From NCBI GenBank assembly GCA_010909165.1, contig MU008170.1:1488001-1552000 (forward strand): a stretch of 64,000 nt of DNA, read 5' to 3'. The notes under the pieces were generated by a model. The model searched no databases, was not told the DNA's origin, and worked only from the letters and a program-made list of their open reading frames with translations. The position numbers and the translations under genes are program-made. The stretch is from Anthoceros angustus. Its lineage: Eukaryota > Plantae > Anthocerotophyta. Positions 23,290 to 34,795 of the stretch are shown in pieces (positions within the stretch are counted from its first letter, which is position 1; every line of letters starts with the position of its first letter).

Positions 23290-25734
23290 TCAGTACGGCC
23301 GGTAGCGGCGCCGCCGCTTGCGCTGGCAGCACCTCCCCCGCTGCCGCCTCCCTGCCTGTTCGGGAGAATGCCATGGCCTCCCATTCTACCACCACCACCC
23401 CCGCCTCCGCCCCCCTGTCTATATGGGGCAGACCCGCCTTGGGGGCCAGGTTGTTGCCTGCATGAGACATCCGTGGTCTTCAGGTCAGGGCCAGAGGCAG
23501 AGCTGCAGAGTACGTAGCCTGAGGCAAAAGGGGTTTTACAAAGAGCACACAATTGAAAACGACCAAAGGCTGGGGAAAGAAGGATTACAGGACATAGCCG
23601 ATGCGACCATCCGGAAGCATCATCGGCACCATTGTCATGCCCGCTGGAGGAGGACCTCTGCCGTATATGACAGGCTGCAGAGACCCAGGACGAATAGAGC
23701 ATGAAAAATCAGCACCGAAAATTGGAGATTTGTAACCAACCGTGTGCTGGCTTCGGCGTTTGCAGAAACACGAACCTGAGAGTAGCCCCTGGCTTGACCA
23801 TATCCGGCTGCCACAGCACCGTACATGTCGGCAGCATAGCCGAAGTTTACCCTAGTTTGATACTGAGGTAGAAGACCAGCTCTTTGAGGAGGATAGGCAG
23901 GCTCCAGGCCCGCAGGCCGCTTCTCAGCAGGAGGTTTGGCCAAGGACGTCTCCAGCCATCGCCCTGCAAGTGCACTCACCGTCAAGCGCTACTCTGGTGT
24001 CTTCGACGTGCTGTGCCCACATGCCAAGGCAGAAAGTAAAGCCACATACCTTCCAGCTCGTATCTCTCTGACTTCTCGATAGCTTTAAGAGCACTGCTGC
24101 GCTCGGCAAAGTGGACGAAACCAAAATCACGCTTGGCTTGCCCAGGTTTCGGTGCTGGCAACACCACCTTTGTGACTTCGCCGTGGTGCTCAAACAATTT
24201 CTGCAACTGCTCTTCAGTCACTGTGTCCGGAAGATTCCTTACGTATACAACCTTCACCTGCTACAAGCACGAACATACGTCAGTGTCTTCACACCTAGAT
24301 GCATTCGTCATGAACCACGATTACAACTACTACCTGCGACATAGCACTTGAATCAGAGCCACTCCGAGGATCCGCCCAGCTAATCGTGGGAGCATTGCTC
24401 CCGAGCCTGAAACTGGAGTTTGACATAACTCTTCTGGCATGATCAGCACAGGCATGATTATAGTACTCCACAAACGCAAAACCTCTATTCCTACTTGGAT
24501 TCTTCGGATCCTGCCAACACCAGCAGCCCAGCACCTGTCAGCTCTAAAGCATGGCCCGCAAGAACAGAATCCCGCAACAGCCCACATTGTGACAAGCAGA
24601 TAAGCTTCCAACCACGTGAAAAGCAGCAGAGCTAGCACGGATACAATGCACAAGGCTATCAAACTGCACTTTAAGAGGACAACAAAGAGTAAAAAGAAAA
24701 AGCTGAATACCTTAAGAAGCTCAACACTCTGAATTCCCGGCCCTTGCTCAGCAAGCACTTTCTCAAGCTCATCTTTATCCCACGCTTTTGGAATGTTACC
24801 CACAAAGAGTCGGTGCTTAGATTGCGAGTGGGAGAACCGCAACTTCTTACCCTGCAGTCAGCAATGTCCATACATTTGTCCCTGCCAAGTCAGAACTAAA
24901 ATAAGTATTCATGCACCCAACACACAAGGGCAGGATAAGACTGTAACCAACCTTCAACTCAGAATCGCTCAAACTCTCAATTGCTTTCTCCGCACTCTCT
25001 TTATTGGTGAATGTCACAAAAGCATATCCCTTGTTTTGTCCTGTGTCTTTATCCTTCAAAAGGCGCACCTAAATAGCACAGGGGAATGAAAAACAAGCAA
25101 ACATTTCCAACCACACACTTTGCCCTAAGGGGCAAGCACACAACAACTAACTCTTGCGAGCTTTGGAGAAACAAATTGTTTCATCACGTCATGGGGAAGG
25201 AAAAAGACATACCTCATAGATGTCCCCACAGGAAGAGCAGAGTGACCGAAGATCCTCCTCTGTGGTGTCACGAGTGATCCCACCGACAAAAACCTCCGAT
25301 CCATGAGGAGGCCGAGTGAGAAGCTCCTTGCTCTTCTCTCCATCGTCCTTCAACGGTTGTTTTTCTTCCTCGGCATGGACAACATCCTCAGCATCGATTG
25401 CATCGACTTCCTCCTCTACTGCTTTCACTTCCTGTGCTCCATTCCCAGCACCAGCTTCATGGTCCGTCTCATGCTCATCCTGGTAGCCGCCGCCTTCCTC
25501 CTCGGCCATGTCAAGATCAAGCCCCTCTTGACCATCCTGTTTGTCCTCATCTTCCTCCTCATCTTCCTCCTCCTCTACGTCACCATCACCGTCACCATCG
25601 ACATCCACCTCATCATCATCCACAAGCTCTTCAGCTTCCACATCCCCTTCAATATCAACCTGCTCTTCGTCATGGTCGTGGTCGTGTTCGTGGTCGTCAT
25701 GCAGCACCTCTGGGGATGCTTCTGGATCGGACAT
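23290..25734 (-). CDS. hnRNP Q/R-like (LIF2-family) RNA-binding protein with an acidic N-terminus and three RRMs; apparent 1-bp frameshift in the last exon
   Basis: PPHGSEVFVGGI, NKGYAFVTF, HRLFVGNIPKAW, RNRGFAFVEYYNHACAD, VKVVYVRNLP, RDFGFVHFAERSSAL and MVPMMLPDGRIGYVL lie across GT-AG exons. The family-typical C-terminus RRYRPY* ends at 23290 in a shifted frame; the uncorrected frame stops at 23256. Confidence 0.9.
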
Positions 25735-26944
25735 TGCCCTCTTCTTGCCTCGCGCAGATGCAAGCACCACCACCTGAGAAGTTCGTGTGCAGCTGTGGAG
25801 GAATAGGAGACAGGAGCATTTGCAGAGAGGGAGTGACAAGAGGAAAAGAATGAGGACATATGAGAGGGCTGCTGAGTGAGAATCTTGAAGGCAATGCTGA
25901 GAGGGCCATGAGAAAAGTGAGGATATAGCAAATATGTGACTCTGTGTATGTGAAGGACTGAGGAAAAAGACTACACTGCGAGAGGAGTCAGCTGACAGAG
26001 GCCCTCAATCAGCAAGAGAAGTACAGTATATAAGCCTTGTGAAAGTGATATCAATGAGGACGTCCCACATGTGCACAGAAGAACACACGCATTTCTCAGA
26101 GTTAAGCTGCTGCGCGAAAAATCGATGCTCCATGTCTTACCATGGTCTTTCAGTGTGGAAAAGAAGAAAGTAGGCATAATACCTCAGAAGCTACCAGTCA
26201 CACAGAATACCTCACAAGCTACTACTCAAACAAACAGCAGAGCGGTGCAAATGTCCACGAACGGTGCAGACCGTCGTGGGAAGCCAGGAGGCGAGCTAAT
26301 GCTTACCACGAAACTCTAGCGTCGGAATTGGCGGACGCACTTCAAGTCACGCACGCAAACCGAACTCAGTCAGCCTCAGCCAGGCAAGCAAAGCCATTCG
26401 AGCACACAACTGGGAGAGCCGTGAGATCGGGCCACCCCAGTAGCAGAGCAGGATGGAAACGATGCATCCCGTCCCCCAAGAGCATGCCACTACAGAGGCG
26501 CCCCAGTTTCAAGATCCCAGCGAACCCCCACAACTGGGCAACCCCTGCAATGCACATCCATCCATGACGCATATCAAACGGTGCAGCAAAGGGAGAGGAC
26601 GAAGACGTGGTACCTGACACGATGTGCCGCGGGCGGCAGTCGCAAGCACGGTGGCAGGCCACCCGGGGTCCCAGACGACCGCGTCCAGCTTTCTCTGCTT
26701 CTCTCTTGCTTCGCTACTGCAGCAACGGCTGCACCACTTGGGGCAGGCAGATGGCGCAATTCCTCCCCTCGGGGGTTTCGCCTCCTTAATTTTCTCACAC
26801 CCCCGTCCCACCTATTCTTCACCACCCCAACCCCACACTACCTTCCTCCTAGCTCCACATATATATATATATATATACGCTGCATTCGTATCTTTCGTTA
26901 CATATTTACTATAAATACTTTTGATTATTTGCAATCGTTCAAGT

Positions 26945-27110
26945 CCGTACAACCCTTAAGTGACACTTAGGGTTAGGGCGCGAGACTGAGACCTTAAATT
27001 GCAGCCGCACAACCCTTGTACGGAACTTAGGGCCCGAGAACGAGGCCTTGAGTTACAGCCGCACAACCCTTGAGTGGAACTTAGGGTGTGAGAACGAGGC
27101 ATTAGGGTGC
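26945..27110. repeat. Three diverged ~54-60 bp tandem units containing TTAGGG
   Basis: ccgcacaaccctt...acttaggg...gagaacgaggc repeated at 26945, 27005 and 27059. Confidence 0.7.
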
Positions 27111-27439
27111 CAGAAAGTCCTTTTGAAATTCTAACACATGTCCTACGAATGGATTGTAGCACGCGCAAGATTTGTTTCGAATATTATGATATGATTTTAC
27201 GGTCTCACAGACATTGTTATGTCGGGTTACATAATTCGAAAGTTGGTCCACCTGTGGGCGCACTTGGGCACTTGGTCCCTTGTGCGAGTTCTTAAGTGCG
27301 AAACCACTTGTATTGTAATGGTAACGTTAATTACTCATATAATATATGTATATAAAATATAAAAAAAGATTATTGAAGTTGATTAATTATTATGGTTTTA
27401 CAATAGTTCTTTGTAAGAAATTGAATTAGGAAATGTGAA

Positions 27440-27960
27440 AGTTATTTGATGAATAAAACACAGCAAATCTCTTGTATAGTATATGTAAGTGGGATAACTC
27501 TATGTACTCTACAAGAGTGTGGGAGAACACCCCCAATAGTTAGTGGAGAACTATTGGGGGTGTTCTCACCTTTCATGTAATATCCCAATATGTAGTACCA
27601 AATTTGTTTCCAAGCAGCAGACAACCACAATTTGAAAAGGTTTACTCTTTGTTGGGTTGTGTGAAACCAAAACACAGCTGAATATTAGCCAAGAGCATGC
27701 TTAGTATGGTAAAATTATCAGAATTTGCTGAAGTGTTTAGAGAAGATGTCTAGCCCAAGATATCGACAAATCCACTTCGATACATACTCTCACATAAGAA
27801 TTCCAACTAATCCCTCTAGTAACTTTCTTTTCTAGAAGAGTTCTTAACTCAGAATGTTCAGACTTTGCACGATACATATCAGATAATGAGGATTCCATCT
27901 TTTCTTTTCTGGTAAGAAAGAATGCGTAGAAGTACCTTGGTTTTCTCGCCATAAGGTACA
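27440..27960 (-). mobile_element. Degenerate LINE ORF1-like fragment
   Basis: YVRVCIEVDLS resembles the plant L1 ORF1 motif (ARVCVEVDLS); the surroundings are AT-rich and interrupted by stops. Confidence 0.35.
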
Positions 27961-28379
27961 CTCACACAATCTAAACCCTAAACCCTAAACATCATTCAGA
28001 CGGGGCATTACTAGATATCAAGGCTGAAAGTCCAACCGCGGATCACCAGTGTTCAGCCTCCAGGCGATGGTCCCATTGCCGAAGTTGCTATGCTGCGATG
28101 AGGTTTGAAGGAGCTTTCACCTTTGCCACCCAACGGCACGAGGTTACAAACACTAGTCTCCCTTCCCAGCTTCAAAGTTAGCCATCCACTTCAGATAGTT
28201 GGTATGTTTGGATGCTTTAATACCTGCAAAATCAGATCTGTGATGACAATGCCAAGCTGAGAACAAGCAAGGGATTGCCTGACATACCTGGATTCCACGT
28301 TTCTGAGACATAACAGAGAGTGGGCCGTTCGTCTGTACATCCTTCGGGATCGGAAGAAGGTCCAGAGCCCATAGCAAGC

Positions 28380-31300
28380 TCAATGGTGATCACCACAAGA
28401 ACACATCCCACCCTTGAAATGATGCACACGGTGTGCATCCCTGACTACTATCTCCCGCTGCTCAATCTTAGAGAGAATCTTACTTCCACTGTGACAATCG
28501 TTGCACATCCTCAAGTTTTTAGTGACTAAAAGAGGGGTTCCTTTAGGAGTGTGGAGGAGACCAAAAGCAATGGCAAGTTTCTCAGCATGTCCACAAAGGG
28601 CGTCTTCTTTTTCCTTTGCAGATATGCGCTTCAGAACCAGGTCAGTGACAGGAAGATGTCCCTCACCCTTCAGTTGTCTATTCAAAGTCTTCAGCTTGAG
28701 AGATATATCATCCCACTTCTCTCCCACAAGAAACTCATGTACCTTGTTGTCTACTTCAATCAAGGCCCTCGCTGGCATCTTGCAGGCACCTGCATTTTTT
28801 CTCAAGTTTTCTATCTCCTCTACATCCCTCCACCTGCCAGCACCCGCATAGATGCTCGACATTAGGACATAAGCACCAGCTTGGTGAGGCTCCAGCTGCA
28901 CGATACGGTTGAAGTAAGTTCTTCCTCTCTCTACATTGCCATAGCACTTGCAGGCATTCAGCAAAGACATCCACCCGACAATGTCGGGCTCCCATGGCAT
29001 ACTTTCTAGCAGGCATTCGGCGTCATCCAGACATCCTGCCCTGCCAAGAAGATCGACCATACATGTGTAGTGCTCAAGTGTAGGCACAATGCCAAACAAT
29101 TCTTCCATCATTGTGAAGTACTGCTGACCTTCTTCTACCCAGGCCACATGACAGCATGCAACAAGAAGAGCCGTAAATGTGGCTTCATTGGGTTCAACTC
29201 CCTGTGCTTGCATAGCTTGAAAACATTGGATGGCTCTCTCACAATCATTGTGTTGGCCATAACCATTTATGAGCGCCGTCCATGTCACAACATTCCTAGA
29301 AGACAATCTATCGAACACAATCTGGGCCTCCTCAAGCCTTCCACATTTGGCATACATGTCAACAAGAGTGTTTCCAACACTGATATCTGCTTCAAAACCT
29401 CCTTTGAAGAGCTGGGTATGGATCCGCTTGCCCTCACCTATGGCTCCCATGCTCGCACACACTTTCAGAATGCATGCAAAGGTTACTGCGTTTGGAGCCA
29501 CATCCATGCTCTGAAACAATGTGAGTGCTTCTTGACTGAGTCCATGCTGGGCATATACTGCTATCATGGAAGTCCAGATCACGACATCCTTGTTGGAGAT
29601 TTTGTTAAACACTGTACGGGCATCATTCAAGTACCCCCACTTCGCATACATGTCAATAAGAGCGGTCCCCACAGAAACATCTGTTTCAAGCCCCAATTTG
29701 AGGATCTGCTCGTGAATCCTCTTGCCTTCTTTCGTAGCTCCAATGCTTCCACAAAGTTGCAACACTGTCACAAATGTGGACTTTTCAGGAGTCACAAGGC
29801 TGTCCAGCTCCATTGCTCTGTATAGTTCTATGCCTTCTTGGGCATGCCCGTTCAGGGCATATCCTGCAATCATCGCATTCCATGTTACCACGTTCCTGAC
29901 TGGCAGACAGTCAAACACTCTCCTTGAATCTTCCACACTTCCACACTTTGCAAACATGTCCACTAGTGCACTCCCAACAAACAAATCTGCATCTAGTCCT
30001 CTGTCTACTATCTCAGCATGCATGCGCCTGCCCTCATGTAGAGATCCAATTGTTCCACAAGCTTTGAGGATACTAACAAGCGTCACAGCTGTCGACACGA
30101 CACCTGCTACTTGCATCCTGCCATATAGGTTCAGCACTTCTTCAGCAAACCTGTATTTTGCATACCCACCTATCATAGCGTTCCATGTCACCACATCCTT
30201 GGTCAGCAATCTCTCAAACACCGTGCGGGCATCGCGCAAGCTACCAGACCCAGCATACATGTCCAACAGAGCGTTCCCCACAGATACGTCTGATCCAAGT
30301 CCTTTTTCAAGGATCCGACCATGAATTCTCCTCCCTTCCTGCAACGCCCGTTCCCCTAGACCACTACATGCTTTCAATGCAGTCACATATGTTGTGCTGT
30401 CTGGCTCCATGCCATCCTGCTCCATCCTGGTGTAGAGAGTGAGGGCCTCTACATTCAGCTCATTCTGAACGTATGCAGTAGCCATGACATTCCACGTGAT
30501 TACGTCCTTGGTTGGAAGCCTGTCAAAGACACTGCGGGCCTCCTCCAGGCTCCCACACTTTGCAAACATGTCAACTAATGCACACCCGACAAACTTATCC
30601 AATTCCACCCCTCGTTTCAGAATTATAGCGTGAACCTGCTTACCAGCCTGAAGCGCCCCTAAGCCGCTACAAACTTTCAAGATTGTGGCAAAGGTCAGAT
30701 TGTTGGGAGCTGTCCTGCCATCCTCTTCCATACGCCAGAACAAGCGAAGAGCCTCCTGCCCAAGTCCAAGGTGGCCATATCCGCCTATCATAGTGGTCCA
30801 TGCCACAACATCCCTGCTCGGAAACCTGTCAAAAACCTTATGAGCATCATCCAACCTCCCGCATTTCACATACATATCCAGCAAACTGTTCCCTACAAAA
30901 GCATCCAACTCAAGCCCCTTCTCCACAATCTGCGAGTGAACACTCATCCCCTCTTTCAAAGCTTGCAGACTGCCACACACCTTCAGAACGCAAGCATATG
31001 TTACATTATCAGGACTCAACCCGCTGTGCACCATATCCATGAACAGTTCTAGGGCTTCCATCCCAAGTCCATTTTGCGCATACCCTGCAATCATAGCACT
31101 CCATGTCACCACATTCCGCACAGAAATTCTGTCAAACACTTCCCGAGCTTCATCCACAGCACTGCACTTCGCATACATATCCACCAGTGTACTGCCCACA
31201 AACACGTTCGACTCCATTCCAGCGCCCATCACATCAGCATGGACCTCCTTCCCTGAATTCACATCACCTGCACTTGCACAAGCCTTAAGCACAGCCACAA

Positions 31301-31859
31301 AAACATAGTCATTCGGCCTGACACACGACCCCCGCAGCTCCTTGTACAACCTGACACCCTCGTGAGCCTGCCCGTACTCAGCATAAGCTGCGATCATGGA
31401 AGCCCACACAAACGTGTCAGGTGCTGCCACTTTCTCAAACACCAAGCTCGCTTCCCGCAAGCTCCCTTGAGCAGCATACATGCGGATAAGGTGGTTGGCC
31501 AGAAAGGTGTCCGATTCCAACCCAATTTTCACGATTAGAGCATGGGCACGCCTGCCCACCGCCCAATCTTTCTTCTCGGTACAGCCTTTCACCAGCCGGT
31601 ACAACATGGGTGCAGACCAGGAGCTTCCATGTTGACTCATGTGGTCCAGTTCTCGTGATGCCTGCTCAAGTAACTCATTCCAGGCTCCATGCTCCGAGCT
31701 GCGTGGACGAATTTGCGTTTCTTGCCTGGCAAGTGAGGAGACAGTATTCGCTCCAAGAACCCAGCAAAAAGCACACGTTTGCTGCGTGGTGCGGGTGAGG
31801 CAGCTCAGAGAGATGAGCGAAGAGCCCTTGACACCATGGCACCTCCGGAAACGCCTCAT
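28380..31859 (-). CDS. PLS-class PPR protein with E1-E2 and a DYW:KP-type deaminase domain (candidate U-to-C organellar editing factor); true N-terminus uncertain
   Basis: An uninterrupted 1159-aa ORF with ~26 P/L/S repeats ending P2-L2-S2-E1-E2, followed by KMPARALIEV...LCGHAEKLAIAFGLL...KNLRMCNDCH...RDAHRVHHFKGGMCSCGDHH*. Confidence 0.95.
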   Translation of the reverse strand: MRRFRRCHGVKGSSLISLSCLTRTTQQTCAFCWVLGANTVSSLARQETQIRPRSSEHGAWNELLEQASRELDHMSQHGSSWSAPMLYRLVKGCTEKKDWAVGRRAHALIVKIGLESDTFLANHLIRMYAAQGSLREASLVFEKVAAPDTFVWASMIAAYAEYGQAHEGVRLYKELRGSCVRPNDYVFVAVLKACASAGDVNSGKEVHADVMGAGMESNVFVGSTLVDMYAKCSAVDEAREVFDRISVRNVVTWSAMIAGYAQNGLGMEALELFMDMVHSGLSPDNVTYACVLKVCGSLQALKEGMSVHSQIVEKGLELDAFVGNSLLDMYVKCGRLDDAHKVFDRFPSRDVVAWTTMIGGYGHLGLGQEALRLFWRMEEDGRTAPNNLTFATILKVCSGLGALQAGKQVHAIILKRGVELDKFVGCALVDMFAKCGSLEEARSVFDRLPTKDVITWNVMATAYVQNELNVEALTLYTRMEQDGMEPDSTTYVTALKACSGLGERALQEGRRIHGRILEKGLGSDVSVGNALLDMYAGSGSLRDARTVFERLLTKDVVTWNAMIGGYAKYRFAEEVLNLYGRMQVAGVVSTAVTLVSILKACGTIGSLHEGRRMHAEIVDRGLDADLFVGSALVDMFAKCGSVEDSRRVFDCLPVRNVVTWNAMIAGYALNGHAQEGIELYRAMELDSLVTPEKSTFVTVLQLCGSIGATKEGKRIHEQILKLGLETDVSVGTALIDMYAKWGYLNDARTVFNKISNKDVVIWTSMIAVYAQHGLSQEALTLFQSMDVAPNAVTFACILKVCASMGAIGEGKRIHTQLFKGGFEADISVGNTLVDMYAKCGRLEEAQIVFDRLSSRNVVTWTALINGYGQHNDCERAIQCFQAMQAQGVEPNEATFTALLVACCHVAWVEEGQQYFTMMEELFGIVPTLEHYTCMVDLLGRAGCLDDAECLLESMPWEPDIVGWMSLLNACKCYGNVERGRTYFNRIVQLEPHQAGAYVLMSSIYAGAGRWRDVEEIENLRKNAGACKMPARALIEVDNKVHEFLVGEKWDDISLKLKTLNRQLKGEGHLPVTDLVLKRISAKEKEDALCGHAEKLAIAFGLLHTPKGTPLLVTKNLRMCNDCHSGSKILSKIEQREIVVRDAHRVHHFKGGMCSCGDHH

Positions 31860-32485
31860 CTTCCTCTACAGCCCTGCAGGACAAGCCACCAGATCCCTGC
31901 AGCCTTGAGATGAGCCTGTACGGCCTGTACCATTTCTCCATAGGACATTCCACTATGAGACTCACAGAACAATTCAAGTCCCACGACCAGGTTTGCAATC
32001 CATCCTTCAAACCTGCACACGGGTGAACCTAGTTGATTTCCCACGCGAACAGCTTCCATTGTCCGTCTTGAAGTTCGAAATACAAGTTTGCTTGTGTAAA
32101 TGGATACCTAGCAAAAATGTTGGTGTAGGAAACAGGCTCGCAGTGGCATTGAGAGCTTTCGCTCCATTCAGTGCCATTGACAGGCTTTCGCTGCATCTGT
32201 AGCTGTGGCCACAAGCTTCGGGCCACATACATCATTAATGCATTTGGAGACTTTTATATAGATATTTCAAAGTATATATCCAGATGGACACACATTTATA
32301 AGAACGCCGTGATTAAGCATCCTGAGCTTGGATCGGTACTTAGATGGGGTGCCTAAAGGGAGTGGATGCCCTTGGTGCAAGTAGCTTAGGCACACCATGG
32401 TACAAGTTGTTAAGTACCAAGTCCCATGACGGAAATCCGTCCTTAGTGGACTTAAATAGAATTCTTCTTCTTCTTCTTCACACTT

Positions 32486-32681
32486 GGATTTTTTATTTTA
32501 AATTTTATTTCAAGGCCTGGGATTTTTATTTCAAGCCCTTAGGATTTTTTATTTCAAGTTTTATTTTAAGCCCTGGAGATTTTTTATTTCAAGTTTTATT
32601 TTAAGCCCTGGGGATTTTTTATTTCAAGTTTTATTTCAAGCCTTGGGGATTTTTTATTTCAAGTTTTATTTCAAGCCCTGG
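32486..32681. repeat. ~31 bp AT-rich minisatellite (ggattttttatttcaagttttattttaagccct)
   Basis: About six to seven tandem copies, some partial, are directly visible. Confidence 0.9.
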
Positions 32682-34795
32682 GAGCACGCCCATAGCGCAA
32701 TTCCAACTATAGACACACCAAAACCTTCCTCAGGTTGTGCTCCGGAGGAGGCAAAACAAGTCCGTTGTTGGCTGGCTTGCCCGTGTCCTCTTCCGCAAAG
32801 GTGTAGAGGTCGTGCCTATCTCGCACGCCTGGAAGACCTTGCCATTAGGATGATTGTCGATGGAGGAGTCGAGCCCTTTGTTGAAATCAATAATTACACT
32901 CCACCTAGAAGGAATCAGTGTAGGAAGGCTACAGAGCAGCCTCGTCGTCAAAGGCAGAGTAAGAGTGCTCAAATGGTGATGGCCGAATTATCCGTTGGTG
33001 ACTGTGAAGGGCGAGTCCATGCCATAGGGCTCTAGAAGATCGTCAGCGGTCTCCGGAAAACCGATTTAGAGTGCTTCGGAAGGATTCAAAGCGGCCAGAT
33101 GGTAGCTGCGGATTGTATCCCAAGTCGAAGGGCTGCGAGAACTCGAGCTTACTTGCAGATGAGTAGCATCACAACCAGCTACTGCTCCGCAGCTCCTCTT
33201 CCCGGTTGCGCGCCCCGATCATCCTCTTCCCGGTTGTGCGCCTAGATCATCCTGCCGAAATGGCGTGCTAGCTAGGTGCGTCCGCCATGTTGGAGTTTAA
33301 AGGCTAGGGACATCTGCAAAAGAAGGGGTGAAACTTCTGAATATCCCAAATGGCATGCCCTAGATAGTAGCATCCCATCCAAGCATTGATCGGTCCCAAG
33401 GCCGGCTTAACTGGGGAGTTCCAATGAAGTCAAGTAAGGGAGGACATTACCAAAGGCCCGAGGCTGTTTAAGTCTGCCTGCGCTGTTGAAAGGTTGGGAA
33501 AAAAAAAAGGATTGCCGTAGAGACGTGGATGAGAAAATGTGGACATTATCGGAAGCCGTGGACATAATAAAGAGAGATTCAAAATCCGACTGCTCCTTAT
33601 CGACACAATCATTCCGACCTACAGATGTGTCACAGGAAAAGACAAGCTTTTTGGTGCGGGGCCGAGACGAAACGAGTGCAACTCATCACGAGGCACACAA
33701 GGCCCGTTTAATAGAAAGAAGATGGCGGTGCGGTGGCGACGTTTGTGGCGACTCATTAATGCTGTCTGACGCTGATATTTGAGCTGGATAAATAAAATCC
33801 CTTTGCCCTTCACACGCCCGCGCCATTTCGCGGACGGTGGGGCCGGCGACTGTCCTTGGACTTAACTCTGCCGTTAACTGCGCATTAAAACTTCAGGCCG
33901 GCTTCCGCCTTCGCGCAGCCCTAGAGGTTCCCAAATTCCTCATCGGGAACATGGCCTCGGCTGGGAAGCGCTAGCCCCGGTGCGTGGAGCCCGGTGCCGC
34001 ATCCCGTTTCCCGCCGCAGCCGCAGGGCTATACGGGATCGCGATCTGCGTTGCAGTGGCCTTGTCTGCCGGGGCACGGCAAGGCCAGTCGCTCGGTCCCG
34101 ACGCGCACTCGACCTCCTTCCTTGTACTGGTGCGCCTGCGGTAGAGCAACAGCCAGCGGTGGCGGATGGCGGATGGGATGAGACTGTTGACGCACGCGGC
34201 CGCTGGCGATGGCGACGGAGCACCGAGCGCCTTCTGTCACGCTCGCGCTTGGTCGCCGCAGGAGATGGTGGAGTTGTGAAGTTCCTGTCTGAGGTGGTGT
34301 GGTGAGGTGACAGGCCGCCGCTGGCGCTTGGGACAGAGTTTCGGACGAGCGCAGAGGAAGGGAGAAAGTGAAGGGGCGCGTCTTGCAGAAGGGAAGGAAG
34401 GGATGTGAAAAATGGTGTGTGGAACGGCTCGGAGCCGTGATTTGAATGAGCTTGAGAAGAATATGGCAATTCTAAGCTCGTTCGAGGGACTGATGAGCGA
34501 GTGAGCGCCTCCTGATGCGAGAGTGGAAGGAGATTCGTTGGAAGAAGGCGGGAAGGTGATTAGGTTTTGCCTGGCCTGGGATGTTGCATGGATCTGGAAG
34601 TATGGGGGAAGCGAGCAGAGGAGGTGGAAAATTGGTGGAGGAGAGACTGCTGGCGGTTAAGTGTTTTGCCACACCTGGCCTGCGAGGTTCAGGGAGGGGG
34701 AGGAGGAGGGGAGCGGGGAGTTGGTGATTTGGTGTTGCCGATTACTTGCATGCGGTTGAGAGTCGCGGTGAGGGATCGTGGTCGAGGCCAGGAGA

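Noticed and set aside
27971-27990. (CCCTAAA)n as a telomere or chromosome-fusion scar
   Set aside because: Fewer than three units; such telo-box motifs are common in plant intergenic DNA.
29070-31308. Several plus-strand ORFs over the PPR gene
   Set aside because: They are antisense shadows of a long coding sequence.
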